64,000 nucleotides of DNA from Kiritimatiellia bacterium. GTDB lineage: Bacteria; Verrucomicrobiota; Kiritimatiellia; CAIVKH01. Of the stretch, positions 58,101 through 61,237 are shown piece by piece. The stretch is from contig DAOLCW010000006.1 in assembly GCA_035327665.1 (NCBI GenBank), positions 165-64,164 of the forward strand. The letters run 5' to 3'. How positions within the stretch are numbered: position 1 is the stretch's first letter; each line of letters starts with the position of its first letter. Below the pieces are notes generated by a model. That model did no database searches. It was not told where the DNA came from and saw nothing but the letters and a program-made list of their open reading frames with translations. Both the position numbers and the translations under genes were made by a program.

Positions 58101-60263
58101 GACCAACCCGCCGACACTATTGCCCGTGCCGGTCACCGCGCCCGTGGCGTAGCTATCCACGATGCGGCCATTGATGTTGTGATTGCCGACGAGCCCCCCG
58201 ACGAGCGTCGTGCCGCTGACGTCGCCCGTGGCGAAGCACTCGACCACCTGGCAATCCTCCCAACTCTGCCCGGCAAGTCCGCCGATGCGCTCGCTCGACC
58301 CAATGACCGTCGCGCTGGAGGAACTGAACTCGATACGGCTCCCATATTGCGATGCCCCCACCAGCCCGCCAGAGCGGGTCCGCGCCGAAATCGTCCCGGC
58401 CGACGTACATCCCGATACGACACCGCCGTACTCGATCTGGCCCGCCAGCCCGCCGCTGCGGTCGCGCGCGTTAATGTCGAATCCGACGACGTGCAGCCGC
58501 TCAAGGCGCCCGCCGTTGACGTACCCGAACAGCCCCTGAAAATCGGTCGTAGCCCGGTTGATGAACAATCCGGAGACCGAGAAGCCGTCCCCGTCATAGG
58601 TCCCCAGGAACCCGGCGGTACTCGTCCCGATCGGCACCCACCCCTCGCCCTCGTTCCAGGGCGCGACTCCAAGATCGACGTCGGCGGTTTGCCGGAAATG
58701 GGCGCTGGGATTGTAACGAACCGCGTTGAGATGTTTCGCGCTGGCCACGAGATACGGACTCTCGACGCTGCCGTTGCCGCCCGCGAATCCCGCTGCACCA
58801 GGCGACGAAGCAAGGTTGTACAAATGGAGAATTTCTACCTCGCTTAAAGGCCGGTCGTAAATGCGTATATCATCGATGACGCCGTCAAACATATAGGTGG
58901 ACGAACTGCCCGCGTGTGCGGTGGCAATATACAGGGGCAAGCTCGAGCAGGTCAGCGAACCCGTTCGATTGGTGGTCGAGGAAAGCACGCCATTCACGTA
59001 AAGCCGTATCTGAGTGCCGTCATAGGTCGCGGTGACAAGGTGCCATTCGCTGGCATCGTGGGTGCTCGTGGAGCCCAGTCCGGTTTGTGTCCCGTCCAGT
59101 GTCATCCGCGTGAACGGCTGCTTGGTGTTCCGGGCGTACTCGAGAAGATAGGTCGTGTAGGGGGACGCGGTGTTGTGAAATCTCTTTTCGATGATCCGGC
59201 CGTTCGCATTCCCGCCCGAGGGTTTGATCCACGCGGATAGGGTAAGATGTTCCGGACAGAGCGCGGCGTCGTTCGTGACAACCATGTAGTCGCTGACCCC
59301 GTTGAACAGAAAGGCTGAACCAGGATTACCAAAACGGTCGGCAACAAGCTGCGGAGCGCCAATAACCGTCGCGTGGCGTCCGTTTCCACTCGCATCCTGA
59401 GTATTCCCGTCAAAGGGTAAATGGACAATCAGCCCCTCGTTCACATTGGTGCTCCCCGGCCCTTGGGCGGGTCCCCGCACAACGGCAACCGAATCCGCGA
59501 CGGACTGCCCGGCGCTGTTGGTGCCGGAGGCGGTGATGACGTTGGTGCCGACAGCGAGCAGGCTGGAGAAGGACCACGAGGACGCCACCGCCACTGCGCC
59601 ATTCGCGCCGTTCAGGTTGTTGGTCCAGCGGATCTGTCCAGTGAGGTTGGAGGAGATGCCGCCGATGGTCAGGTTGCTGATGCTGTGGCCGACGCTCTGG
59701 TTGGCGTTGGTGATGTCGAGATAGGGCGTCGTTGGCGGGGGCGACTCGGCGATCATTTTATCCAACGGGTCAGAATCCATACCGCCGCTGCCCAGGTCAT
59801 ATTCCGTAGGTGGTGACATCGGTGGGTTCCAGGCAGCCTCGAGCAGAGGACCATCGTAATAAAATTCGCCGGGCACAGGCATCATGCTTTCAAAGACCCG
59901 TCCGAAGACTACGGTCGTAGTGTTAGGTCCGGACGCGGAATAGAGGCCGTAAATACCGTTTGCCAAAGGGCTAAAACCAAAAATACTCAGGGTAGCCGAC
60001 GACAACAGGATGTCGTCGCCGCCCAGCCAACCCTCCGGGTTGGCGGGGTCGACCGGATCAATCTCGCCGTTGAGGCCGGCATCGATGAGTTGCGCGACCA
60101 CCGGACCTTCCATCAAAAGCGGGGTAACACCATCCGATTTGTAGAAACCCAACATGCTTCCCCATAAGATGGAAATCTCGTTTTGGGCGCATACCGGATA
60201 GATGCCCACCCCTGTGCCAAAAAGTATAAACAACCCAGCGAGTTTGATCCAGCGAGCGTTCAT
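34182..60263 (-). CDS. giant secreted multidomain adhesin-like protein (8,693 aa)
   Basis: A single ORF with no stop, starting at ATG 60263 with AAGGAGG 8 nt upstream, and a signal peptide (MNARWIKLAGLFILFGTGVGIYPVCAQ). By eye the architecture is: an N-terminal Ig-like region; a LamG domain (~58.8–59.4 kb: LIVHLPFDG…WHLVTATYDGTQIRLYVNG…FDGVIDDIRIYDRPLS); five ~340-aa modules rich in GLUG-type (V/I)GGLVG repeats, each opening with a conserved PY(L/V)I…L…A…HY(R/Q)L…D(I/L)DL…W…GWxP(V/I)G…F.G.(F/L)(D/N)G.G head (~53.4–58.8 kb); three BACON-like domains (~52.3–53.3 kb); InlB-B-repeat-like domains (~51.6–52.3 kb); a He_PIG/cadherin-like region (~51.0–51.5 kb); a long run of CARDB, FN3, PKD and Ig-like domains (~38.1–50.9 kb); an ~470-aa alpha-helical segment (~36.6–38.1 kb); and C-terminal Ig-like domains ending in two tandem DSPM(D/G)DxIPNLxK(Y/F)A(V/A)GL modules (~34.2–34.9 kb). 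Confidence 0.9.
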   Translation of the reverse strand: MNARWIKLAGLFILFGTGVGIYPVCAQNEISILWGSMLGFYKSDGVTPLLMEGPVVAQLIDAGLNGEIDPVDPANPEGWLGGDDILLSSATLSIFGFSPLANGIYGLYSASGPNTTTVVFGRVFESMMPVPGEFYYDGPLLEAAWNPPMSPPTEYDLGSGGMDSDPLDKMIAESPPPTTPYLDITNANQSVGHSISNLTIGGISSNLTGQIRWTNNLNGANGAVAVASSWSFSSLLAVGTNVITASGTNSAGQSVADSVAVVRGPAQGPGSTNVNEGLIVHLPFDGNTQDASGNGRHATVIGAPQLVADRFGNPGSAFLFNGVSDYMVVTNDAALCPEHLTLSAWIKPSGGNANGRIIEKRFHNTASPYTTYLLEYARNTKQPFTRMTLDGTQTGLGSTSTHDASEWHLVTATYDGTQIRLYVNGVLSSTTNRTGSLTCSSLPLYIATAHAGSSSTYMFDGVIDDIRIYDRPLSEVEILHLYNLASSPGAAGFAGGNGSVESPYLVASAKHLNAVRYNPSAHFRQTADVDLGVAPWNEGEGWVPIGTSTAGFLGTYDGDGFSVSGLFINRATTDFQGLFGYVNGGRLERLHVVGFDINARDRSGGLAGQIEYGGVVSGCTSAGTISARTRSGGLVGASQYGSRIEFSSSSATVIGSSERIGGLAGQSWEDCQVVECFATGDVSGTTLVGGLVGNHNINGRIVDSYATGAVTGTGNSVGGLVGYHENSQVLRSLALGSATGAQRVGGLVGEMAGDRAWVEQSYARGAAQGTGLIGGLVGSLAGGRVIECYSVGAVSGANNVGGLVGSATAGTRIERSYWNVTTSGRTTSAGDGGHGGKPAEQMVLQSTYVGWDFATTWGIGHEGQYSEPYLLAGESGHIVGVSLVAPWAHPVRVTGRDGVGNTLTGHYVYHPGDAGDTELGTTFQWYRGLAANGPFDLIPGATGATWVQTEADAGRFLKFEVTVRDTAGRADVPRGAVHLFLDGTGREENPWQIATPAQLNNLREFLGSVFWEQHFRLVEDIDLGIAPWNEGAGWVPVGTSANAFHGRLNGNGHAIQGLTIARPGTNYQGLFGVLNGAVVQHLALEDAAVQGAAYVGALAGATTGASLVDRVTVTGAVQGGTYTGGAIGHAGGSSALHGVMVDATVQGSTEIGGVAGRLDGSAVTLYHSAAKGAVRGTSSVGGLVGVQANYAMVSDCFSWAEVEGGSIVGGLIGYLYYAPVRRSYSSGLVTGTGSDIGGFVGRNYGGSEADCYWDTGTSGRETSPAGAGLPSAMLRQRVTFRNWNFFTLWSIEEGAGYPELNDLSSLARRQNLTTAALQGEGTAASPYLITNVQELDAMRHGLHAHYQLAANIDLTATVAWDGGRGWTPVGGSAAADRFRGRFNGAGFILRNLAINRSTTDYQGLFAYAQDAVIEGVVFEQASVQGQHYTAALVGWAENCALARIDGVGQVNTVDDGGGVVGRLNGGRLFASSVGASVRGRDRVGGLVGYMSSSAGSLIQSSARGSVTGRNQVGGVVGYQYGQIVSDCYSRAAVTGASDVGGLVGYLYYSRLRRGYSAGPVSGNSNVGGYVGRNYGSTEADGFWDEMVSGLSVSAGGAARTTEQMKQQATYGVFNFQSIWRIEEGIDYPTLQRIAGYVEPPEVALGDLDGAGTVEDPYLITTPAALRAMGQNLAAHYRLGGDLDLSDSTIWNAGSGWIPIGTSSAPFTGTFDGGGYAIRNLTINRPESDYQGYFGYLQNATVRDLRLEGVTVYGNRYVGILAGRADTSTIDNVSVAGLVRGHNSEIGGLVGYVNGGTIHRATADVRVQGVSHVGGLVGYTDGGVQVRHSAAFGQVAGTGNTIGGLSGYHRSGTLADCYSGADVTGPANVGGLVGWGGNSGYWGNMHRCFSVGAVSGGSSVGGLIGTHHTGNVTDSFWDTETSGRETSAGGSGAQGRTTTAMWTRENYAFFNFDTVWRIDGGEGYPAFQDFRGYVPPDAVALEDLQGQGTELSPYVLHNASELNAMRLAPGAHYRLAQDIDLADTTIWNAGQGWLPVGTSEARFTGTLDGAGFALRNLTINRPVSAGQGLFGYLGAATVRSLRLENAHVHGLSTLGALAGQMTGAGLVEDVAVTATVRGQTDNIGGVIGDLQTAQVRRVSAIMEVGGGRYVGGLVGYTFSSPILSQCYSLGRVRAFTETAGGLVGWHRQGTIADCYSGAAVGGGYNVGGLVGYAGGSGGYWGNVDRGFSFGAVSGSSGLGGLIGYRHTGNITDCFWDTGTSGQESSSGGGTGLATEALQQAGTFSGWNFVDVWTIDAGQSYPYHRDTPRTIALAESHRAFGNAAVTGQSLRVTGNMTWTATASSGWITIDGNASGVGDGVVRFSLAANTFGAPRSGTITVIAGAGAVRVFQIEQRALLVVVPEQGDHDASASGGHVIEVCGNVEWTASSSAAWLELTGDTTGSGAGTVHYRVQPNPSLDARDGVVTIAGGGLSRTVAIRQAGAPAFLSVAPHYREHVGAASAGNALEVESNHGWTATKTAPWLTITGGASGTGSGTLTYSLDLNDTSAERMAWIVVAGAGRTATFRVVQAPELPSEMTLYTIETAVQPPDAGSVTPGASLYGNEYFSAMATVGDPEKYVFRRWLFNGQVVSYSPSHSFAVQGSGTLVAEFERTQFAVTVTISPAGLGTVSGAGLWSYGIAGTLTANPAAYCSFVEWREGATDEVVSTSPSYTFSVIASRHLVAVFEEDVKEHEVTTATLPPGLAMIPGAGTWTNGQTATFVAPAMILKDDQRYVFQRFTRNGTHASNQSTWNWTLTRADPAVVLVQAEYQVYDMSPAVREVRRTFDSPVPATDTQVVTLVFDRTMDTGEIPLAVMRRRSDSAERVLSTQGGQWLNIYTTQDAYRYDPLTLVPADDGEYDLTVSGARDNYGVPMEPTNVWTFVVHGTPPTLTLPDLPTEINELVLFEFPAQGADGVPGNPLVFSLTAAPAGAAIHPQSGLFSWTPSERQGPGSYTFGVRLDDGLGHAIQTVTIDVLEVNRPPTLNAIPDRTIQGETALSFQAVGSDPDISAGDLQQSLTYRLEGNVPAGAAMTSSGYFTWTPTGAQIPGEYTMDVVVSDGESEARRSFTIYTFDRPDVTVTQLELPSLAPMEGAAVRLRARIDNIGGGDLLQGIYVGFYVNGNFIGNQWISSSTLPKGQYAWVERIWTAVPGTHTIEVRADYLNQVQESREDNNSLSETLAEILVPDIAVTHASWLPESINEGEKVRFFFDVTNLGGATARDVDVHLNVDGAWVASDRIRGPFGNRTESLVLEWTATPGPHSVEIVADRHGKISEINRTNNVVQISLDPIQDTLPPTFTSLVPGNGQRIRGVFALHVAATDISGISRYQIESSLDELFWTTLHEGAAGTGSWDTTVLADGVYAVRFSAEDTKGNIQQVTHRVTVDNTPPAAVTLSAQPIEFGAVLNWTKPAESDYSFCRIFRAASPEGPFVQLNATIYSQSSYTDRPLSPGMSYSYVVRAYDVAGNVSDDSNVVTVTPNGDQSPPEIRSLSPAENSAHNAIIHLLADIRDNVGVTLVRYEFTERPAGSYALSDLIWTNLCEGTAMSCDWDVTELPTGRYLIRLTAWDAAGLSSSLVRTYLVDHQPPGSVGAVTIQRRELALAVAWNSPGDSDLVGYRLSRQVNGGAFTVLKERLTSTLYVDMNLQPDVLYAYRVEAEDMLGQFGAPSDSPAVTTLSDTTAPILVGVMPQAWSRHSGAINLALLAKDNDAIATGAFWYRLVGNANWLECSGTPQALWQAEQRHWRIQQTWNPDGLPDGEIEIRARAEDRSNNSLETTFILVRDTEAPAAPQGLSATDPQTGSSIQLSWSANGESDLAHYRIYRRVSGESGWQPAGSSSSESFTVESLQSDQAYQFAVSAVDLAGNESPLSDISELATTTRADLTIQSLVFDPRTPAQGRLGHIVARVLNRGPARAQVTVRFYVSNGGAEEQVGIQHLWLNGLASADVRCPWIPQNGGSQTIRAVAVVVAPALDPTPGDNELSREVLVNHPPVAMAGSDRSVDWYEELAFDGSGSSDADGRIMEYLWTLGDGKTKRGMNVVHRYEAVGVHTVTLTVTDDRGVSSTDSILVTVADTRADLIVEKITWMPGEPEEGDEITIIATIRNQGNGPTRNAFFATYYISGVYHGYVIVHDRIAAGDAVDVTFRWTALKGLHTVKVVADDLINAVNELSEVNNDNQVHMTFQQIHFPDLLIAEMTCPVPAVITSQEALKATLTVQNAGTADAEKIFVALYQNGKMISRKPLPDLAASGTLTTTFDVMPVNGTNTLTAMVDGPVSLIVESDETNNSYTLELGDLTVEHPDLQLELTVQPDEEEMAHGSWIDMSATVKNLSAVGLLQTAPVDFYVNGRRVGTREIRHLAPGASKTVAFQVLATEGVHEIRVVVNENQTIAESDYSNNEQRHTTKEIRILYSDLTVGNVSWFTQHGGPVKYGDSLIVTFNLSNLSLVSSYARSSVILLVNGRQVSKLEIGSIRGYETVQTGLMWKNVDVDPTVSHTLAVQVDPENVIPEENEANNIATAAIQLSIQDGLIVDAKLDREADEVFGIPIYISSETCRVSARASYASAPKAWLDTSAGQTMTLSLIYTPGVVIQPGELPYYPDPETLYDDVPMLYDLLASRFNLELPLASFNETGNYSVRITYNDGALSRSQTLPFMVIQDCTIHMEPSSPRVLAGERLVISGRVLDLQGLPIADETLLLAIFEGEDGFGDMANPALAALANMASDVTTAKVKTSPTGEFTYLHRTLRGQSGMYTVTGYLISSVVAASGTCNFEILNAGFDSPGANITMPKNYTHSKTVTLRNSSIRALTNVRVDLSEVVAANGIEARLVSSVPSVLSAGQAVQLTVVLEAEEVADDAGQFRLSFSCNEGIERTYDLNVTLLDSGPSIRFSESMLKLGMNPGDTLFRRVTATNRGLGTLKNFTVSGAPNLPWVTVNYSGIRNLEPGAALELEVVVQPYAATGLGLYRDYITLSDENNISFRMGIEIELTSATRGGVSFTVGNDAGRLIERAEVRLISKETTPVINPDGSTAGQRYEVFIDRTDAAGRVMFEDIPTGAYTYSINSSGHESVKGEVEIMPSSLPVLISETLTATPITYTWSVTPITIEDRYEIILDISLRIDNLNKPSIVSLPPWATIAQTVEQGYSDRLIFVNQGDLALRNVRVEVIGDPKLINSLSLAGGGDIGIIEAGESVQLAYYIAPGTYEDLKGGSRFKLTGTYRALDQKTGEFADFGVTNQVPIYNPAADRTATIRVPGFQDEKVKMPDFGDGEQEFDGLPKLQDEDSDRVSVAVKLQIPQEATLEREGFEAVLTFRNGLSDDLVGFSVAPRVFDAANRDVTSAFYIVQPSLSGGLSAADGSQTLAGGTEFTASWILVPGVGLGGEDPAGKKYYVEAAATYSQAGQFREFNTHSEEITVHPQPLLELFYYLPEKILANTPFRLGVFVENHGFGEAKNFRIKSGQPKITENESGVPLQMEIVGSSFGAGNVETKEWAVEFGDVAALGWARGYWITRCNLDATVTEFTAELVHLPFKGVQLNPLITAVHTEIILGDFLFADEIDPNNSFSLIDRDDNGIPDYLINLHTGLRQDIIVPDELQVTQAPTIEAPQMTFTIPATNGFVCMVLNDPLVSINIRGIQRHHLDGSGAIHQLSGNNFWRDGEILYIVDRIGQIVNGQPVGMPVTYVIDYQSALEIRKLEIGTFVFNTLMANADDKTLGRYAQTHWWEDYRDDDGFGVIEYGLGSIANKVPLYNSPLPIIAGDEGGVRIELYNRGVSPESGDIGVYLIDAQGGETLVATAQVEELRSYRTQTVELVFDTTTDGLYTLEVRFLDTRTEGNASRQFRINARPVSDAGLDQTVKLGKPVRFNSSRSYDPDGVVVNYQWYMDDRRLDVDGKETGGKWIAGPVPSYTFADSGTYKVLLVVTDYDGAMEEDKMLVTVEETRPDLYVASFGHGQAEVLDGQLLTVSVGIGNAAEDLPPDAKFYVSLYAGEKLVDTRLVTGGLPAGQTGTISFDYIASMSEPFLTVVLDDMGSRVNEANEWNNVDTLAIFADQVVFADLVAENVRLSVAPGEPVNWGRPIQVLADIGNRGDINADKPFRISAYVDGIYLGHSALDQLETNATETVSFTWVPTPGEHLVEVIADWPHSHIRESNENNNRAALTVNKNNLNLILPNLVLQQLTFEPENGQLASGVPVLVTASIFNHSAVSLPFGSEVVMTVNGQTVARRAVAPIAAGHFTAALLTWNDPWPGTHDIKVSLDPGRLWYETDVSDNVLLVKKTFSITQGDLTVRQVVVPPAASAGVETRLGINIANRGLGRISKPFNARLFADEQPVAVERFNLLLLPGQTFWWNPVWVADETMAGNTVTLRVEVDTLDEIDESDETNNSYEASVLIEQGLKVVMDLDKTVSLPGDVVEVVIDVLDTKTMQRVPAANVAVSVVMRDANGTDMQIVSGAFDNGWSAMLPTAGIDAGKYGVQAVARGDGKTYVSASRSLVLVEELVVECAAPERVLLGEAFAITGRVSTIGGQGQSSRSVFVRVEPVSTNEPIFLPAITDASGNFEVTLQATKALAGELGISAQAVGADLLGMIFRSSSQTAMVFGLESLVSPMVIAGHLNEAAPFSLTVEAVGADVQIESVAFIPDPEGMGADGVVANLDAVVPSGLIPDGETRIFSGTVTSTQVCGHLLVEARMACRIGESNLTTSAWFVFSATERKTLGIELQDALIFNGTMLDHTIPKEAYTDSLTVGAERKVLIDVVVTNHTDEVLTNVELVCTNYPWIVITPSKLGNIAPGQAAVARLELETFRSSVSGATYPMKLTAESGEGYRAEQPLELRLKSPAHEYYVLCRLVDQFENPLPGQRILFRSGGVERTGTTTVAKGTVMMNLPPGRCAYNVLIGSAYPYSGLEGSFFVTGETETHDIVVRVEPFGITLQRTASQELESYGEARLNLVLEGNAVNPLRLYRPGREFALILGGAGVPAEMDELVPEFDRFNQRGQFSFSNDSDEYLIGVALVLKGELAPYIHIRNTFIEGNLLHLMMAPRATTVINWDLDVNGLLALQAQAGKDLVLDGIIHIFTLQGFEANYHIRIRLADTFDRQNGVPYEYVFYTDWMGRRCPVGMDTLPLWLGLDRENAAAIDGTEEAGLMASISQKVLAAGQSFILESAVRNQMPDQALQVESCILRIYDANGVEVTHRFRIQQQSDITAEAIPAMQSRRSAWKVLVNDPSLADGTSGGTPYTARIEGVTLFGNARIPYEQNVGFVVQPSPSIQISYSFKQTGNRSGTLTARVTNSGQGNAYNVKIELPAMRDAVISDTATSSSRTVDVLAPNETAEFTWNLTFSSDLHATEVLSQIKTFSPMMLGEQGEWIQAPVTHEFRTEHTIAELLDLVDDLIRALENKVENEFWHLAQIYSETEDIIHEMAYLGQLQIVTETVNQMISVIYSIKDLVFGIHSFAKDITEFYDEENKVLSLLEKATEQARREIANKYGEEMNNPSGGGDMSYYDALKSIDLLGFASVGDSVVKLNSELLAMVDLLHAQKQIQENLTENLGRLAQATLNNATPPTTEEIRKQLEYASVDSREYYRRLMEYIAMHNNLPEDLNDYQLLRHLGAGQKVAGLDMYLAAIDSLGMILRSQLWSLQQSKVSAIFPIDLLYQELHSMTATLVSYDPGKRSGSPYTPNTVTTPGLENAEDRAQVFWYAMGTASPYWNTPIMEAHELGEVKALLYRSYKHLQMQWDNIAFHAELVAEYTELSMTKFIFDSLGMVGGMGGGILGEMAGHVNNSVQSSVNEAMEIYKQAMSSMKEAERIGLRILFRDIQDYTAAHQQEAGVVWSFMRDFSGHIQYLIEHRPIDPVLSVEVLSFEIANAILPDERGMRLTPGVITLANNGTLDWSGRPLINLYADGRKVLSLEFPNIKLDAGDAGTLSFGILLPDAQTYSLFGFDVELMLELWEEDTLSRASYGPWVTTVQSATELRLNGLADSIPRHLLQQDFGTDTMHTVTYTATQDGALRFMLLHDPAAVMDLHVHDSAGHHAGYDSDAGAVVVEIPNAMFTGPDSRCQLVTIRNVKAGSVWTVNVNGVRVHPSDQFALIASELQDAEARLHTRHSVYGMLTGRGNVLIQADILEVGGTHGVTNMNIMAGDLVTAAGDLLATELLVFAFEDGVEQIAAGGRLRLGVNIDLADNAADGSYSMDVTVTGEDAVTGANVEHPFTFFVVVDFTPPSPPTLQLHVSSNGTVVLTGAAEIGTKVYISNSNGVLIATAMTGTNGLFTTSELKLIYGDYELTAVAIDAAGNASEPSDSVIYEARTDWLAPVTAYAIEGTRLSSGAYLDGVMIHLTATDDASGIDQILVSYDGQNTWIDYAGVITYDTPGIYSLSYYSVDRAGNRESTKSIFLTVTNQSDLTAYERWARQIVDSTQRGPYDSPMDDQIPNLAKYAVGLSPTEAHKADDLFVSRSEGNYLILRYRKSKQAVDVFILPEWSGSLVSPLWRQAGIERHHLEAEETDDYQVWEARLPLTGPKAHMRLRFSYDSAELTTTFSEWAESIPDPNLRGAKDSPMGDGIPNLMKFAAGLDAMEACATADLFSSSIEAENGTMKLIMLYYKNPRAVNVYLDPAKATAVNDDWTVHGIENIFTGQTDAQQRELWKASIPVQQQMQFLRLQAETALPE

Positions 60264-60319
60264 GGCGCGACCTCCTTGGCACGACCGTCGGATCGTTCCG
60301 ACACCTTCCGTGCATTGCC

Positions 60320-60485
60320 CTGGTTGAAACCGTTCATGAGACCTTCAAACCGTTCTCTTTGAATCCGGCTTCAGTTTCGCGCCGCCATGAAAAAGCACAA
60401 CGCGACAGTTTTAACTTTATGTTAAACGATGGAACCGTCAGAACGCCCGGTGCAGGAGGCGACGCGGCATGGTCGATAAGCGGTT
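60320..60485. repeat. ~165-bp direct repeat, copy B (5' leader side of the giant gene)
   Basis: Homologous to 33946..34109, with the same conserved 26-mer at 60436-60461. The minus-strand mini-ORF reads MPRRLLHRAF (60438..60470). The repeat ends 56 nt upstream of the giant gene's start codon. Confidence 0.85.
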
Positions 60486-60498
60486 GGATGGGCGCTGG

Positions 60499-60882
60499 TC
60501 AACACCCAGGCTTGCACATCGGGCAAAATTCCCGACCGGCGCAGATGAGCTGGCAGGGCGAAACGCCAAACAACCGAGACAGCAGGATAAGATTGCCGCC
60601 CGAGGGAAAACGGATGCCATGCTCCCAATCGCTCACCGTGGCGGCGGTTACGGAAAGTTCAAACGCCACCCGCTTGAGCGGCCATCTGCGGCTCGTGCGA
60701 AATCCTTTTAGGCGCCGCCCGATGAGCTGCTCGTATTCTGCGGGCGAGGGACTGAGGGGTTTGGAATCATCCCTGCGGGGCGGGTTTTCGAGAGCCGCGA
60801 CCGGTTGGAGGGTCCCCGGGAGGTTCTCCTGCCGGAAACCTTTTTGGATTTTTATCCCTTCCGCCTTCTTGCCGTTGCTCAT
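60499..60882 (-). CDS. XRE-family (Cro/C1-type HTH) transcriptional regulator
   Basis: ATG at 60882. HTH_XRE signature LIGRRLKGFRTSRRWPLKRVAFELSVTAATVSDWEHGIRFPSGGNLILLSRLFGVSPCQL. A Cys-rich C-terminus follows. It is encoded directly upstream of the giant gene and co-oriented with it. Confidence 0.7.
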   Translation of the reverse strand: MSNGKKAEGIKIQKGFRQENLPGTLQPVAALENPPRRDDSKPLSPSPAEYEQLIGRRLKGFRTSRRWPLKRVAFELSVTAATVSDWEHGIRFPSGGNLILLSRLFGVSPCQLICAGREFCPMCKPGC

Positions 60883-61193
60883 ATATCCGGAGATCCGGGA
60901 GATCCGGTGACTCCTTGTTCTGAATAAATAAAATGATCAAATCCTTCGCGTTGATCAAGTGCTAAAAGTGGGATTTCCCTGACCCGCGTCCACCCTCGCT
61001 TATCGACTTGATAAGATATTGCCATTATCGTTGTACAGGTGGTGGTTGCTAGTGAGCCCTGACCGGGCAGGTACCTGCTGCGCAGTTCAACAGGCCTGCG
61101 GCTGAGCTGGAGGCATTTGATGGCTACCTCGACCATCTGGCGGCGGAGAAGAGGTTTGCTCAGGAGGTTGAGGTCATAAAGTGAGAACGACAA
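60879..61193 (-). CDS. hypothetical protein, 4-nt overlap with the XRE gene
   Basis: A 104-codon ORF in a low-GC patch whose stop overlaps the XRE start. No recognisable motif and the start codon is uncertain. Its arrangement suggests a two-gene cassette with the XRE gene. Confidence 0.35.
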   Translation of the reverse strand: MSFSLYDLNLLSKPLLRRQMVEVAIKCLQLSRRPVELRSRYLPGQGSLATTTCTTIMAISYQVDKRGWTRVREIPLLALDQREGFDHFIYSEQGVTGSPGSPDI

Positions 61194-61237
61194 TCCTCAG
61201 CGGCGCGGCGCCGCGCCGCATCCCTCTGTTCGGCATC

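Noticed and set aside
34393-59816. Many long ORFs antisense to or out of frame with the giant gene (e.g. 56853..58847 + 664 aa, 48594..50294 + 566 aa, 41145..42668 + 507 aa, 45786..46826 + 346 aa)
   Set aside because: Their translations are low-complexity Arg/Pro/Gly/His-rich strings typical of off-frame reading of GC-rich coding DNA. They lie entirely inside a strongly supported single ORF with coherent domain structure.
60469-60711. 80-aa plus-strand ORF starting at the SD-ATG at the end of repeat copy B (MVDKRLDGRW…)
   Set aside because: It overlaps the XRE gene antisense and has no counterpart of similar sequence after copy A, where the ORF is ~50 aa and unrelated. It is more likely that the conserved SD-ATG is part of the repeat than that these are real proteins.
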